From NCBI GenBank assembly GCA_965228735.1, contig OZ245838.1, positions 6,752,001 through 6,816,000 of the forward strand: a stretch of 64,000 bases of DNA. The letters run 5' to 3'. The stretch comes from Planctomycetota bacterium (lineage in GTDB: Bacteria; Planctomycetota; UBA1135; UBA2386). The notes beneath the pieces are model-generated. The model was not told the origin of the DNA. It made no database searches and worked only from the letters and a program-made list of their open reading frames with translations. Numbering within the stretch: the first letter of the stretch is position 1; each line of letters begins with the position of its first letter. Below are positions 46,723 to 57,514 of the stretch, in pieces. A program made the position numbers and the translations under genes.

Positions 46723-47343
46723 TCAGCGCGTCGACCGCGCGCAGAGCACGAGCGTCTGGTCGCTGACGAAGCGCCGGAGCGGTGCGAACGCCAGGGCGGT
46801 GAGGCCGGCGGCCGCGAGGTCGCTCAGCAGTTCCGCCCGCCGGATCGCGGATCGGCCCGACCGGCGCTTGCCGAGCACCCGTCGCACGCGGCGGCGCAGG
46901 TGTTGCAGACTGCGCGCATCGAAGAAGGACACGACGATCGGGCCGTTCGTGACCCGCGCGAGCTCGCGCAGGATGTCGATTCGTTCGACACCTGTCGGAA
47001 TGTGCTGCAGCAGCCGATGGCACAGAGCGCCCGCGAACGCGTCATCGCGGAACGGCAGCGCGTGCACGCTCGCGCACGCGCGCGGCAGCTCGGCCGCGGC
47101 AGCGCGCACCATCTCCGGGTCACGGTCGACGAGCACGCCGGGGCCCGGCAGCTCGTTCGTCATGCGGCCGGCACCGCTCGGCGCGTCGAGCCACGGCCCC
47201 TCGCGATACTCGGCCTGGGCCAGCAGCCGCCGCAGCGCGTCCCGTTCGCGGCGATCCGTGCCGGCGCCGCTGCCGGTCTGGAACCGCCGGTCGCGGTAGC
47301 GCACGGCGTAGCCGGCCTCGCGTTCGTAGGGGGTCTCGGGCAC
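46723..47343 (-). CDS. Class I SAM-dependent methyltransferase
   Basis: WLDAPSGAGR, DRDPEMV, LPFRDDAF, RLLQHI, LRELARV. Confidence 0.85.
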   Translation of the reverse strand: MPETPYEREAGYAVRYRDRRFQTGSGAGTDRRERDALRRLLAQAEYREGPWLDAPSGAGRMTNELPGPGVLVDRDPEMVRAAAAELPRACASVHALPFRDDAFAGALCHRLLQHIPTGVERIDILRELARVTNGPIVVSFFDARSLQHLRRRVRRVLGKRRSGRSAIRRAELLSDLAAAGLTALAFAPLRRFVSDQTLVLCARSTR

Positions 47344-47416
47344 GGCCGGACCATACCGCGCAGGTCCCGTTCAGTCGCTCTGCGGAAATGCCGATGCCGT
47401 GGGAGAGGTAGTTGGC

Positions 47417-47710
47417 ATGAGCGACCCGAAGCAGAATACGAACGCCACGTCCGCGGACCTGCGGGAGTTCGAGCGCGTCGACTTCGCGCAGCCGGTGAGC
47501 CTGCAGATCGACGGCGCGATCGCGGGCACGGGCGAGAACATCAGCCTGCAGGGCGTCTACTTCACGACGGCCCAACCCGTCGCGGTGCAGGTCAAGATCG
47601 AGGACGGCTCGGTCGTGCAGGGTGAACTCGTGCGCGCCGAATCGCTCGGCGACGGCCGCGTCGGCATCGCGGTCCGCTTCGCCGAGCCGGTCGCCGGTCT
47701 GGTCGACTGA
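47417..47710 (+). CDS. Stand-alone PilZ-domain protein
   Basis: REFER (RxxxR) and NISLQG ([DN]xSxxG); C-terminal GIAVRF. Confidence 0.85.
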   Translation: MSDPKQNTNATSADLREFERVDFAQPVSLQIDGAIAGTGENISLQGVYFTTAQPVAVQVKIEDGSVVQGELVRAESLGDGRVGIAVRFAEPVAGLVD

Positions 47711-47738
47711 TCCCCGGCCGCGGGCTACCATCGCGCTC

Positions 47739-48230
47739 ATGAACCTGCGCGATCAGTTCAAGAAGGCCAAGATCATCTCGGACAAGGACCAAAAACGCCT
47801 GGCCCACGAGGCCCGCGTCGAACGTTCGAAGAAGGGTCACAAGCAGATCGAGCAGGAGCAGCAGCAGCGCAAGGGCGAGGTCGAGCAGCTGCAGAAGCAG
47901 GACCGCGAGCGCACGCGTCGCGAGCAGGAGCGCCTCGACAAGGAGCGCAAGGCGCGCGAAGAACGTACCGCGGCCCTCGCGCTGCTCCAGGAAGCGAAGA
48001 AGCCCGGCCCGGGCGCGGTGAAGTTCTACTTCGCGACCGCCGACGGCGCGCTGCCGTGGCTCGAGCTCTCGCCGCGCGAAGCGCAAGAGGTGCGCGCGGG
48101 CGCGCTGTGCGTCATGCGCACGGGCCCGGGCAGCTCACACGTCTACGGCCTGCTCGGCGTCGAGCAGGCGCGCCGCGTCGCGAAGCAGGTGCCCGAGGCG
48201 GTCGCGTTCGCGCCAAAGGGCGTGCTGTAG
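47739..48230 (+). CDS. DUF2058-like protein
   Basis: MNLRDQFKKAKIIS N-terminus, charged coiled coil, then KFYFAT...LELSP...VRAGAL. Confidence 0.7.
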   Translation: MNLRDQFKKAKIISDKDQKRLAHEARVERSKKGHKQIEQEQQQRKGEVEQLQKQDRERTRREQERLDKERKAREERTAALALLQEAKKPGPGAVKFYFATADGALPWLELSPREAQEVRAGALCVMRTGPGSSHVYGLLGVEQARRVAKQVPEAVAFAPKGVL

Positions 48231-48386
48231 CTGGCGGCACCGAACCCGTTTCGAATCCGCCACCCCGAATCCGCCACCCGGGCTCACCCGCGAGCGCGGC
48301 CGCCAGCGCCGGTAGGGGGCCCGGTAGGGGGCCCAGTAGGGGACAATGGTGTGTGGCGGTTTCGAAACGGGTTCGGTACCGCCACC
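48230..48386. repeat. Inverted pair of REP-like units with an internal GTAG-containing tandem repeat
   Basis: 48230-48263 and 48353-48386 are inverted copies (31/34). The spacer holds ccggtagggggc x2 plus ccagtagggg (48309-48342). Lies between convergent genes. Confidence 0.88.
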
Positions 48387-48398
48387 TGATCGCTGGGG

Positions 48399-50489
<2,091 letters not shown>

Positions 50490-50637
50490 GGCGGGATCTT
50501 GCCCGTCGGATCCGGGGGTTGCCACCGCTGCTTCCGCTTGCGCCCCGGGCGTGGGGACGGCATACTCCTGGCCTTGTTGAGACCCGGTCTCAAGAGTAAG
50601 GCCGCCGGTCGAACTCGGGCCACCAATCCAGAATCCC

Positions 50638-50955
50638 GTGAACGTGCACTCCCGATCCCAGCTCGAGCCCGCCGGCGTGGCGGACGCAGTCAGTGCCAGC
50701 CCGCTGCCCCGTGCGCGCCGGCGCGACACCGTCGTGGTGACCGAAGTGCTCGGCGGTGACGCGCTCGCGGACCGACTCGCGGCGTCCGGGTTCTGGCCCG
50801 GCGCGGAGGTCGTCGTGCTCGGCGCCGCGCCGCTCGGGGATCCGTTGCTCGTGGCGTTGCACGGCTACCGCGTGGCGCTGCGGCGCGGCGAGGCCGAGCG
50901 CGTTCTCGTGCGACCGGCCGCCGCCACCAACGACTCCGGTGGGGCACCCGCGTGA
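50638..50955 (+). CDS. feoA: Ferrous iron transport protein A
   Basis: RLAASGFWPGAEV...APLGDPL...VALRRGEA; overlaps the feoB start by GTGA. Confidence 0.9.
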   Translation: MNVHSRSQLEPAGVADAVSASPLPRARRRDTVVVTEVLGGDALADRLAASGFWPGAEVVVLGAAPLGDPLLVALHGYRVALRRGEAERVLVRPAAATNDSGGAPA

Positions 50956-52955
50956 CCGACGCTCCCGCCGCTGCCAGCAAGCCCCGGGTCGTTGCGATCG
51001 TCGGACGCGCCAACGTCGGCAAGACCTCGGTCACGATGTTGCTGTCCGGCGCCGTGATGCGGCCGGTGAACTTCCCCGGCACGTCGGTCGAACGCGTCGA
51101 GGTGCCGCTGCGCCACGCGGACGTCGACCTGCAGCTCGTCGACTTGCCAGGGATCGCCGCGCTCGATGCGGCGAGCCCCGACGAGCAGGTCGCCGTCGAC
51201 TATCTGCGCGGCCGGAATCAGCGCGGCCAGAGTCGGCCCGATCAGGGTCCGCCTGATCAGGGGCCGGGCGACGCGACGACCACCGCGCCGGACGTGCTCT
51301 GCGCCGTGCTCGACGCGACCAAGCTGCCCGTCGAACTGCGCCTGCTGCAGCAGCTCCGCGAGCTCGGCAGGCCGCTCGTCGTCGCGCTCACCAAGACCGA
51401 CCTCGCGGCGGCCGAGAACAATCCGGTCGACGCCGACCGGCTGCAGCGCGCCCTCGGTCTGCCGCTCGTCGTCGTCGACGGTCGCACGGGCCAGGGTGTG
51501 GCCGGGTTGCGCGATCTGCTCGCGAGCGACGCGGCGCTCGAGCTCCCGACCCGGCCGGCCACGGCCGAGGCGGAGCCCAGCACCGCGGCCCGCACGTTCG
51601 GGCAGTCGCCGCGGCAGCGCACGCGCTCCGACAAGATCGACGCGTTCCTGCTGCACCCGGTCCTCGGTCCGCTCGTGCTCGTCGCGGTGCTGCTCGCCGC
51701 GTTCCAGACCGTGTTCTTCGTCGCCGAGCCGTTCATGGCCTTTGTCGAGACCGGCCAGGGCTACGTCGTCGATTGGCTCGAGGGCGCGCTGTCGCCCGGC
51801 TGGCTGCAGAGCTTCCTCGTGGACGGGATCGTCAGCGGGCTCGGCACCGTGCTCTTGTTCGTGCCGCAGATCGCGCTGCTCATCGCGCTCGTCGGCATCC
51901 TCGAAGCCTCGGGCTACATGGCGCGCGCCGTGTTCCTGCTCGACCGCCTGCTGCGCAAGGTCGGCCTCACGGGCAAGAGCTTCGTGCCGCTGTCGAGCAG
52001 CTTCGCGTGCGCGATCCCCGCGATCATGGCGACGCGCATCATCACGGACGAACGCGACCGGCTCGCGACGATCGCGGTCGCGCCGCTGATGTCGTGCTCG
52101 GCGCGGCTGCCCGTCTACGTCGTGCTGCTCGCCGCGTTCTTCCCGGCGCACCAGGCCGGCCTGCTGCTCTTCCTGCTGTATCTGCTCGGCATCATCGCCG
52201 CGTTCGTCGTCGCGTTCCTGCTGCGGAGGACGATGCTCAAAGGCGGCGCGTCGATCCTCGCGATGGAGATGCCGGCGTATCACATGCCGCGAATGCGGCT
52301 GCTCGGGCGGCACGTCTGGGGTTCGGTCCGCGAGTTCCTGCGCACCGCCGGCACGGTGATCCTCGCCGCGACCGTGATCGTCTGGCTGCTCGGCTACTTC
52401 CCGCGGCCCGCCGAGATCGGACAGCGCTTCGACGAGCAGCGCGCGGCCGCGCCGGCCGGCGAGGCGGGTGACGAATTGCGGGCCCAGCTCGACGCGCAGG
52501 AGTCGGCCGCGTATCTCGAACAGAGCTACCTGGCCTCGATCGGCCGCACCGTGCAGCCGGTCTTCGCGCCCGCGGGCTTCGACTGGCGCATGACGGTCGG
52601 CATCCTCGCCGCGTTCCCCGCGCGCGAGCTCGTCGTCCCGACGCTCGGCACGCTCTACAGCCTCGGCGACGTCGAGGCCGAGACCGACGCGAGCTCGGAG
52701 TCCGTGGCGCGCCTGCGCACCGCGATGCGGGCCAGCAAGAACGAGGACGGCACGCCCGCGATGTCGGGCCTCGTCGCGCTCGCGGCGATGGCGTTCTTCG
52801 CGCTGTGCAGCCAGTGCGCGTCGACGTTGGCCGCGATCCGCCGCGAGACGCACGGCTGGTTCTGGCCGGTGTTCACGTTCTGCTACATGACCGGCCTGGC
52901 GTGGGTGGTCGCCGTGGGGATCTTCCAGATCGGTCGATTGCTCGGGTTCGGGTAA
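50952..52955 (+). CDS. feoB: Ferrous iron transport protein B
   Basis: G1 GRANVGKT, NFPGTSVE, DLPG; LEASGYMAR, FACAIPAIMATR, MSCSARLPVY, MEMPAYH. Confidence 0.95.
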   Translation: MTDAPAAASKPRVVAIVGRANVGKTSVTMLLSGAVMRPVNFPGTSVERVEVPLRHADVDLQLVDLPGIAALDAASPDEQVAVDYLRGRNQRGQSRPDQGPPDQGPGDATTTAPDVLCAVLDATKLPVELRLLQQLRELGRPLVVALTKTDLAAAENNPVDADRLQRALGLPLVVVDGRTGQGVAGLRDLLASDAALELPTRPATAEAEPSTAARTFGQSPRQRTRSDKIDAFLLHPVLGPLVLVAVLLAAFQTVFFVAEPFMAFVETGQGYVVDWLEGALSPGWLQSFLVDGIVSGLGTVLLFVPQIALLIALVGILEASGYMARAVFLLDRLLRKVGLTGKSFVPLSSSFACAIPAIMATRIITDERDRLATIAVAPLMSCSARLPVYVVLLAAFFPAHQAGLLLFLLYLLGIIAAFVVAFLLRRTMLKGGASILAMEMPAYHMPRMRLLGRHVWGSVREFLRTAGTVILAATVIVWLLGYFPRPAEIGQRFDEQRAAAPAGEAGDELRAQLDAQESAAYLEQSYLASIGRTVQPVFAPAGFDWRMTVGILAAFPARELVVPTLGTLYSLGDVEAETDASSESVARLRTAMRASKNEDGTPAMSGLVALAAMAFFALCSQCASTLAAIRRETHGWFWPVFTFCYMTGLAWVVAVGIFQIGRLLGFG

Positions 52956-52959
52956 GCCG

Positions 52960-55494
52960 CTACCTGCCCGACTTGCCGGTGACGTTGGCCGGCAACGTGA
53001 GCTTCACCTCGTGCTCGTTCTGGTTGGCCGGGATCGCGGCCACGAGCCGGGTCTTGCTGCCTTGCGGCAGGATCTCGATCTCGGCATCTGGCGCCGGGTC
53101 GAACACGAGCCGGCCGTTCGCGTCCGTCTGTTTGCGCGAGCCGCCGCTCTCGCTGCGGCAGTAGCACGGCAGCAGCGCGGCCGGGGTCACGCCGTCGGCC
53201 TGCAGCAACGTCACGACGAGTCGACGGCGCGTGAAGTGGAACTCGCGTGCGTAGTCCTGGCCGCTCGTGAGCTCGAACTCCTCGGCGCCCTGGATCCGCA
53301 AGCCCGGGCCGGCCACGAAGTCGCCAACGATGACGGCCGCGCGATACGTGCCCGGGATCAGACCCGGTGCTTCGAACGTCCCGTCCGCGGCGACGGCGAA
53401 CTGCCCGAACGTGGCGCCGGCGCCGCGGCGGAAGTCGATGCGCGCGGCGGTCGGAGGCGCGCCGTTCACGAACACGCGGCCGCGGACGGTTGCCGGCGCG
53501 ATCGCGCGCACGTCGATCTCGGCGCTGCTCTGCTGATCCGCTCGGACCTCGATCCTCGGGATCTGAACGTCGAGGTCGACGCCGGCGCCCGAGCTGCCGT
53601 GGCTGCGGCGATACCGATGGTGGTGCGAGATCTCGAGCCGATAGTTGCCGGGCGCGATGTGGGGGATCGCGAACGCGCCTTCGGAATCGACCTGGACCTG
53701 GACCGAGGGCTCGCCGTCCGGCACGGAGTCGATGCGGTGGCAGCTCACCCGCAGGTGGGTCGGATCGAGCTCGGCGAACAGCACCTGCCCCGCGATGCCG
53801 CCCGCGGGCGGCAGGACGATGACCAGCGGCTGCCCGGTCGGGAACTGTGCGGGGTCGACGATGACCGGCCGATGCGGGCCGCTCGCGCGCACGAGCAGGC
53901 TGGTTTGGTCGGGCGGCACGAAGACCACAGCGCTGCCGGTCGCATCGGTCGTCGCTCGGCTCACGAGTTCGTGGGCGCGGAAGCTCGCGTTCGTCGACCA
54001 GCTGTTGGTGCTGCCGCGTTCGGCGAGCCAGGTGTCGGCGGTGAATGACCGTGTCCCCTTGCGCACGAGTTCGATCTTGGATCCTGCAATCGGCGTTCCG
54101 TCCGGGTTGGTGACCTGGACGGTGCCCGGTGTCAGCCGCTCGACCTCGACGCGCATCGGCGGCGCGCCGCCGTCCGGCACCTCGAACTCGATGGGCTCGG
54201 AGCACGCGAGGCTCGCGTCGAGCGGCACGATGCGCAGGTAGTTCTTGCCGCGCCACACCCGATCCACCGTGACGCGGCCGTGCTCGTGCGTGCCGCTGAG
54301 CCGCAGGTTGCGCTCCCGGCTCGAACGCGCGGATGCGCTGTAGCACTGCACGGCGTAGCGCGTGACCGGTGCGCGGCTCTCGCGCTCGACGACCTCGAGT
54401 TCGAGTGCGAGCGCCCGACGCATGTCGATCCGCACGTCGCGCGTACCCCAGTCGTAGAAACGTTCGTCGGGCGGCGGCGGTTCGCACGGGCCGGGGTTGG
54501 AGATCCTGAGCCGGACCGGTTGCGGCTCGGCGTCCACGGCGTGAATGACGAAGGTGCCGTCCTTCTTGGATCGACCCGCCGCCATCCGCCCCGAGCGATT
54601 GAGGTCGGCCTCGACGGTGACGCCTTGGACCGGCGCTCCGCGTTCGTCGACGACGATGCCGGAGATCGACGGCATGCGCCGCACGATCACGACCAGCGGT
54701 TCCGAGCCCGACTCGGTGACGGTCACCTGATTCGGCCTCACGAGTCGGATCCCGCGGGAGCTGACGTCGATGGGCCAGGTCCCGGGCGGGATCGGCACGC
54801 GAACGACGAAGTCGCCGTTCTCGTTGCTCGAGCCGTAGCGGACGTCGTTCGCGGCCATGCCCTCCGTGAGGGGCAGGGGCAAGTCTTCGAGCGCGACCGC
54901 CACCCGCGATACCGGCGCGCCACGCTCGTCGACGACGCGGCCGCGCACCTCGTAGCCGGTGGGCAGTTCGATATCGCCGAGGTCGAGGATCTGTCCCCGT
55001 TCGATGCGGCTCCAGCGACCGGTGCGCGGCACCCGTCCCTCGCCCTGGACGTCGAGCGCGAACTGCATGCCGGACGGCGGTTCGAACGCGAAGTCGAACA
55101 CGCCGTCGTCACCCGTGACGATCGGTTCGGGGTCCTGCCACGGCACGTCACCTTGCAGCGCCATCCGCGTCGCGTTGCCGCCCCAGGCATCGAACGTCGC
55201 CGTGCACCCGGCGAGCGGCTGGCCGCGTTCGTCGACGCACCGCCCGCGCACGTGCGCGCGGTCGTCGACCCAGCCGGGCCTCCGCTGCGAGGGTTCGACC
55301 GCTTCCCGATCGGCGACCGGCGCTGCCGCGACGAGTGCGCCGGTCGCAGGGGCCGCATTCGTCGTCACATCCGCCGGTGCGCGCGGCGCGGGCTCGACCG
55401 CGTGCGCGTCGCCGCGCAGCAGCCAGATCGCGACGATCGCGATGGCGACCAGCGCGAGGACCGCGACGGCCGGCCCCTGCCGTGACTCGAGCAT
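52960..55494 (-). CDS. Membrane-anchored protein with repeated carboxypeptidase-regulatory-like (Ig-fold) domains
   Basis: N-terminal TM; repeated VRGRCVDERGQPL / VRGRVVDERGAPV / ISGIVVDERGAPV and TD.xG motifs. Confidence 0.82.
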   Translation of the reverse strand: MLESRQGPAVAVLALVAIAIVAIWLLRGDAHAVEPAPRAPADVTTNAAPATGALVAAAPVADREAVEPSQRRPGWVDDRAHVRGRCVDERGQPLAGCTATFDAWGGNATRMALQGDVPWQDPEPIVTGDDGVFDFAFEPPSGMQFALDVQGEGRVPRTGRWSRIERGQILDLGDIELPTGYEVRGRVVDERGAPVSRVAVALEDLPLPLTEGMAANDVRYGSSNENGDFVVRVPIPPGTWPIDVSSRGIRLVRPNQVTVTESGSEPLVVIVRRMPSISGIVVDERGAPVQGVTVEADLNRSGRMAAGRSKKDGTFVIHAVDAEPQPVRLRISNPGPCEPPPPDERFYDWGTRDVRIDMRRALALELEVVERESRAPVTRYAVQCYSASARSSRERNLRLSGTHEHGRVTVDRVWRGKNYLRIVPLDASLACSEPIEFEVPDGGAPPMRVEVERLTPGTVQVTNPDGTPIAGSKIELVRKGTRSFTADTWLAERGSTNSWSTNASFRAHELVSRATTDATGSAVVFVPPDQTSLLVRASGPHRPVIVDPAQFPTGQPLVIVLPPAGGIAGQVLFAELDPTHLRVSCHRIDSVPDGEPSVQVQVDSEGAFAIPHIAPGNYRLEISHHHRYRRSHGSSGAGVDLDVQIPRIEVRADQQSSAEIDVRAIAPATVRGRVFVNGAPPTAARIDFRRGAGATFGQFAVAADGTFEAPGLIPGTYRAAVIVGDFVAGPGLRIQGAEEFELTSGQDYAREFHFTRRRLVVTLLQADGVTPAALLPCYCRSESGGSRKQTDANGRLVFDPAPDAEIEILPQGSKTRLVAAIPANQNEHEVKLTLPANVTGKSGR

Positions 55495-55601
55495 GAAGCC
55501 CGATGCTACCGGGTTCGCGGGCGCGCGGTCAGGCCCGCGCCCGCGGCGTCGATCAGGCCGGCCCTATCGAGCGGGCCCGATCGAGCGGGTCGGATCGACC
55601 G

Positions 55602-56108
55602 CTACGTGCCGACGGTCGCGAGGCCACCGTCCGTGGCGATCGCGGTCGAGCTGCCGATCTGCTGCATGATGATCTGGTTGTACCACTGGAACCCGATCAG
55701 TCCCGGATCGTTCGGGATCGTGATCGTGTAGACCGGCGCGTTGCCGCCGTGCGGCGGGCAGCCGTTGCTCGTCGTCGAGACGAACGTGCCGAGGTCGGCG
55801 CCGACCAGCAGGTCGAAGCCCTGCGGGAACGAGTAGGGCAGCGGCAGGCCGGCCCAGCTCGTGTTCGAGAAGCCGTAGACGAGCACGGCCTGCCAGAACG
55901 TGAGCTGCAGCGTGCAGATGAAGGGCGGGTTGTTGTAGTCGACGCTGATCGTGAACGACGAGCCGATCTGCGGCGTGCCGGTCACGTCCAGGATCGGGTC
56001 GTGCGGGGTGCCGCTGCCGGAGCCGAACCTGGTGAAGCTGGCGGTCTGGGCGGTTGCCGAAACGGCGAGGAGGATGGTGGAGAGCAGCGCGAGAAGAGCG
56101 TGGCGCAT
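55602..56108 (-). CDS. Secreted protein consisting only of the shared C-terminal module
   Basis: AAGGA RBS; MRHALLALLSTILLAVSATAQ signal peptide, then SFTRFGSG...GTPQIGS...WAGLPLP...TIPNDPGLIGFQWYNQ...TDGGLATVG. Confidence 0.8.
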   Translation of the reverse strand: MRHALLALLSTILLAVSATAQTASFTRFGSGSGTPHDPILDVTGTPQIGSSFTISVDYNNPPFICTLQLTFWQAVLVYGFSNTSWAGLPLPYSFPQGFDLLVGADLGTFVSTTSNGCPPHGGNAPVYTITIPNDPGLIGFQWYNQIIMQQIGSSTAIATDGGLATVGT

Positions 56109-56300
56109 CGTGGTGTCCTTGGTTGGTGCCTCGGTCGCCCGAGGGGTGGAAACAGGGGGTGGGTAGAATAGGCGAGTCCCGGGGCGAGGGTCATCGAGCT
56201 TGGCAAACATCCTCGCTCCGATTCGCCTGGGCGCAGCGCCGAACGTGCTGCCCCGGGGGCCGAACGCGGCCGTGGCGTTCGACGGCGGGGCAGCGGCGGG

Positions 56301-56597
56301 TCAGTCGAGGTCGAAGATGTTCGGCGGCCGCTCGTCCTTGTCCTTCTTGGCCTCGTCCTTCGCGCGCTTCAGTTCGCGTTCGAGGTGATCGGCCGCCTTG
56401 TCCTCGCGGTTCTGCGCGGACGAGAACAGGTCGGTCAGCCGATCGCTCTCGTGCTTGTGCGCGTCGAGCAGCGTGTCGAGATCCTGCCCGCCCTTCTGCT
56501 CGTCGGGCCGGACGGCGCGGGCCTTGCCCGAGCGCGTGTCGACCTCGACCGACTTGCCGCAGCACGGGCAGGCAAAGGTGAACACCGACTTCTTCAT
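56301..56597 (-). CDS. Small CPCC zinc-ribbon-like protein with a charged helical tail
   Basis: MKKSVFTFACPCCGKSVEVDTRSG, then a D/E/K-rich helix ending PPNIFDLD. Confidence 0.72.
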   Translation of the reverse strand: MKKSVFTFACPCCGKSVEVDTRSGKARAVRPDEQKGGQDLDTLLDAHKHESDRLTDLFSSAQNREDKAADHLERELKRAKDEAKKDKDERPPNIFDLD

Positions 56598-56791
56598 GGC
56601 GCGCCAATCTAGCGCCACTACCCGGCCGGCCCAACGCGACCCGGCGCGGGCCGGATCGGGAAGTTCCCGGGCGCCCGTTCGTCGGAGGGTCGCCGGGGCA
56701 GCGTGACTGCGGTATCCTGCGGCGCGAAAGGCCGTCGCGACCGGCGGTTCTGACTCCGCTGCCAGCCCGAAGCCAACCGCCGCGCCGCGCC

Positions 56792-57514
56792 GTGACCGCC
56801 GAGAAAAAGCCCGTTGTCGAGGGAACCCAGGCCGCGGCTCCGCGTCTGCTGGAGGGGTCCACGCGTGGGCTGAAACGGCAGAGCCTCGGATCTCCGGGGT
56901 CCCTGCCGGGCGGCCCCGCGGACGATCCGGTCGCCGATCCCGCGCGCGAGCTCATGCTCGCAGCGCAGGCCGGGGACCGCGAAGCGTTCCGCGGCCTCGT
57001 GGAGATGTTTCAAGATCGAGTGATGCGACTGATGGTGTCAGTGTTGCGCTGTGAACGGACGATGGCCGAGGACCTCACGCAAGAGGTCTTCCTGCGCGTC
57101 TACAAGGGCCTGCCGTCGTTCGACGGCCAGGTCCGCTTCCACACCTGGCTGCACACGATCGGCATGAACGTCGCGATCAGCGAGTATCGCAAGGGCCGCG
57201 CGCAGAAGCGCAACCGGCCGACGGTGTCGCTCGATGCGCCGGTGGCGGCGACCGAGGACTTCTATCTCGCGCCCGAGGGCCGCGAGGTCGATCCGGCCGA
57301 ACGGGCGCATCAGACCGAATTCCTCGCGCGCGTGCGTGAGTGCGTCGCGGAGTTGCCCGAGGAGTTCCGCACGGCCGTGGTGATGCGCGACATGGAGTCG
57401 CTGTCCTACGACGAGATCGCCGAGGTGCTCGACGTGCCCGCCGGCACTGTGCGATCGCGGATCCACCGCGGTCGCCTCATGCTGCAGCAGATGCTCAAGG
57501 AGTTCGTCCAGTGA
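56792..57514 (+). CDS. ECF sigma-70 factor (RpoE/SigW-like)
   Basis: GDREAF, AEDLTQEVFLRVY, FHTWLHTI, LSYDEIAEVL..PAGTVRSRIHRGR. Confidence 0.93.
   Translation: MTAEKKPVVEGTQAAAPRLLEGSTRGLKRQSLGSPGSLPGGPADDPVADPARELMLAAQAGDREAFRGLVEMFQDRVMRLMVSVLRCERTMAEDLTQEVFLRVYKGLPSFDGQVRFHTWLHTIGMNVAISEYRKGRAQKRNRPTVSLDAPVAATEDFYLAPEGREVDPAERAHQTEFLARVRECVAELPEEFRTAVVMRDMESLSYDEIAEVLDVPAGTVRSRIHRGRLMLQQMLKEFVQ

Noticed and set aside
36680..48386. CRISPR array from the ~34-bp partly palindromic repeats
   Set aside because: The copies are dispersed or inverted rather than tandem with unique spacers, and no cas genes are present.
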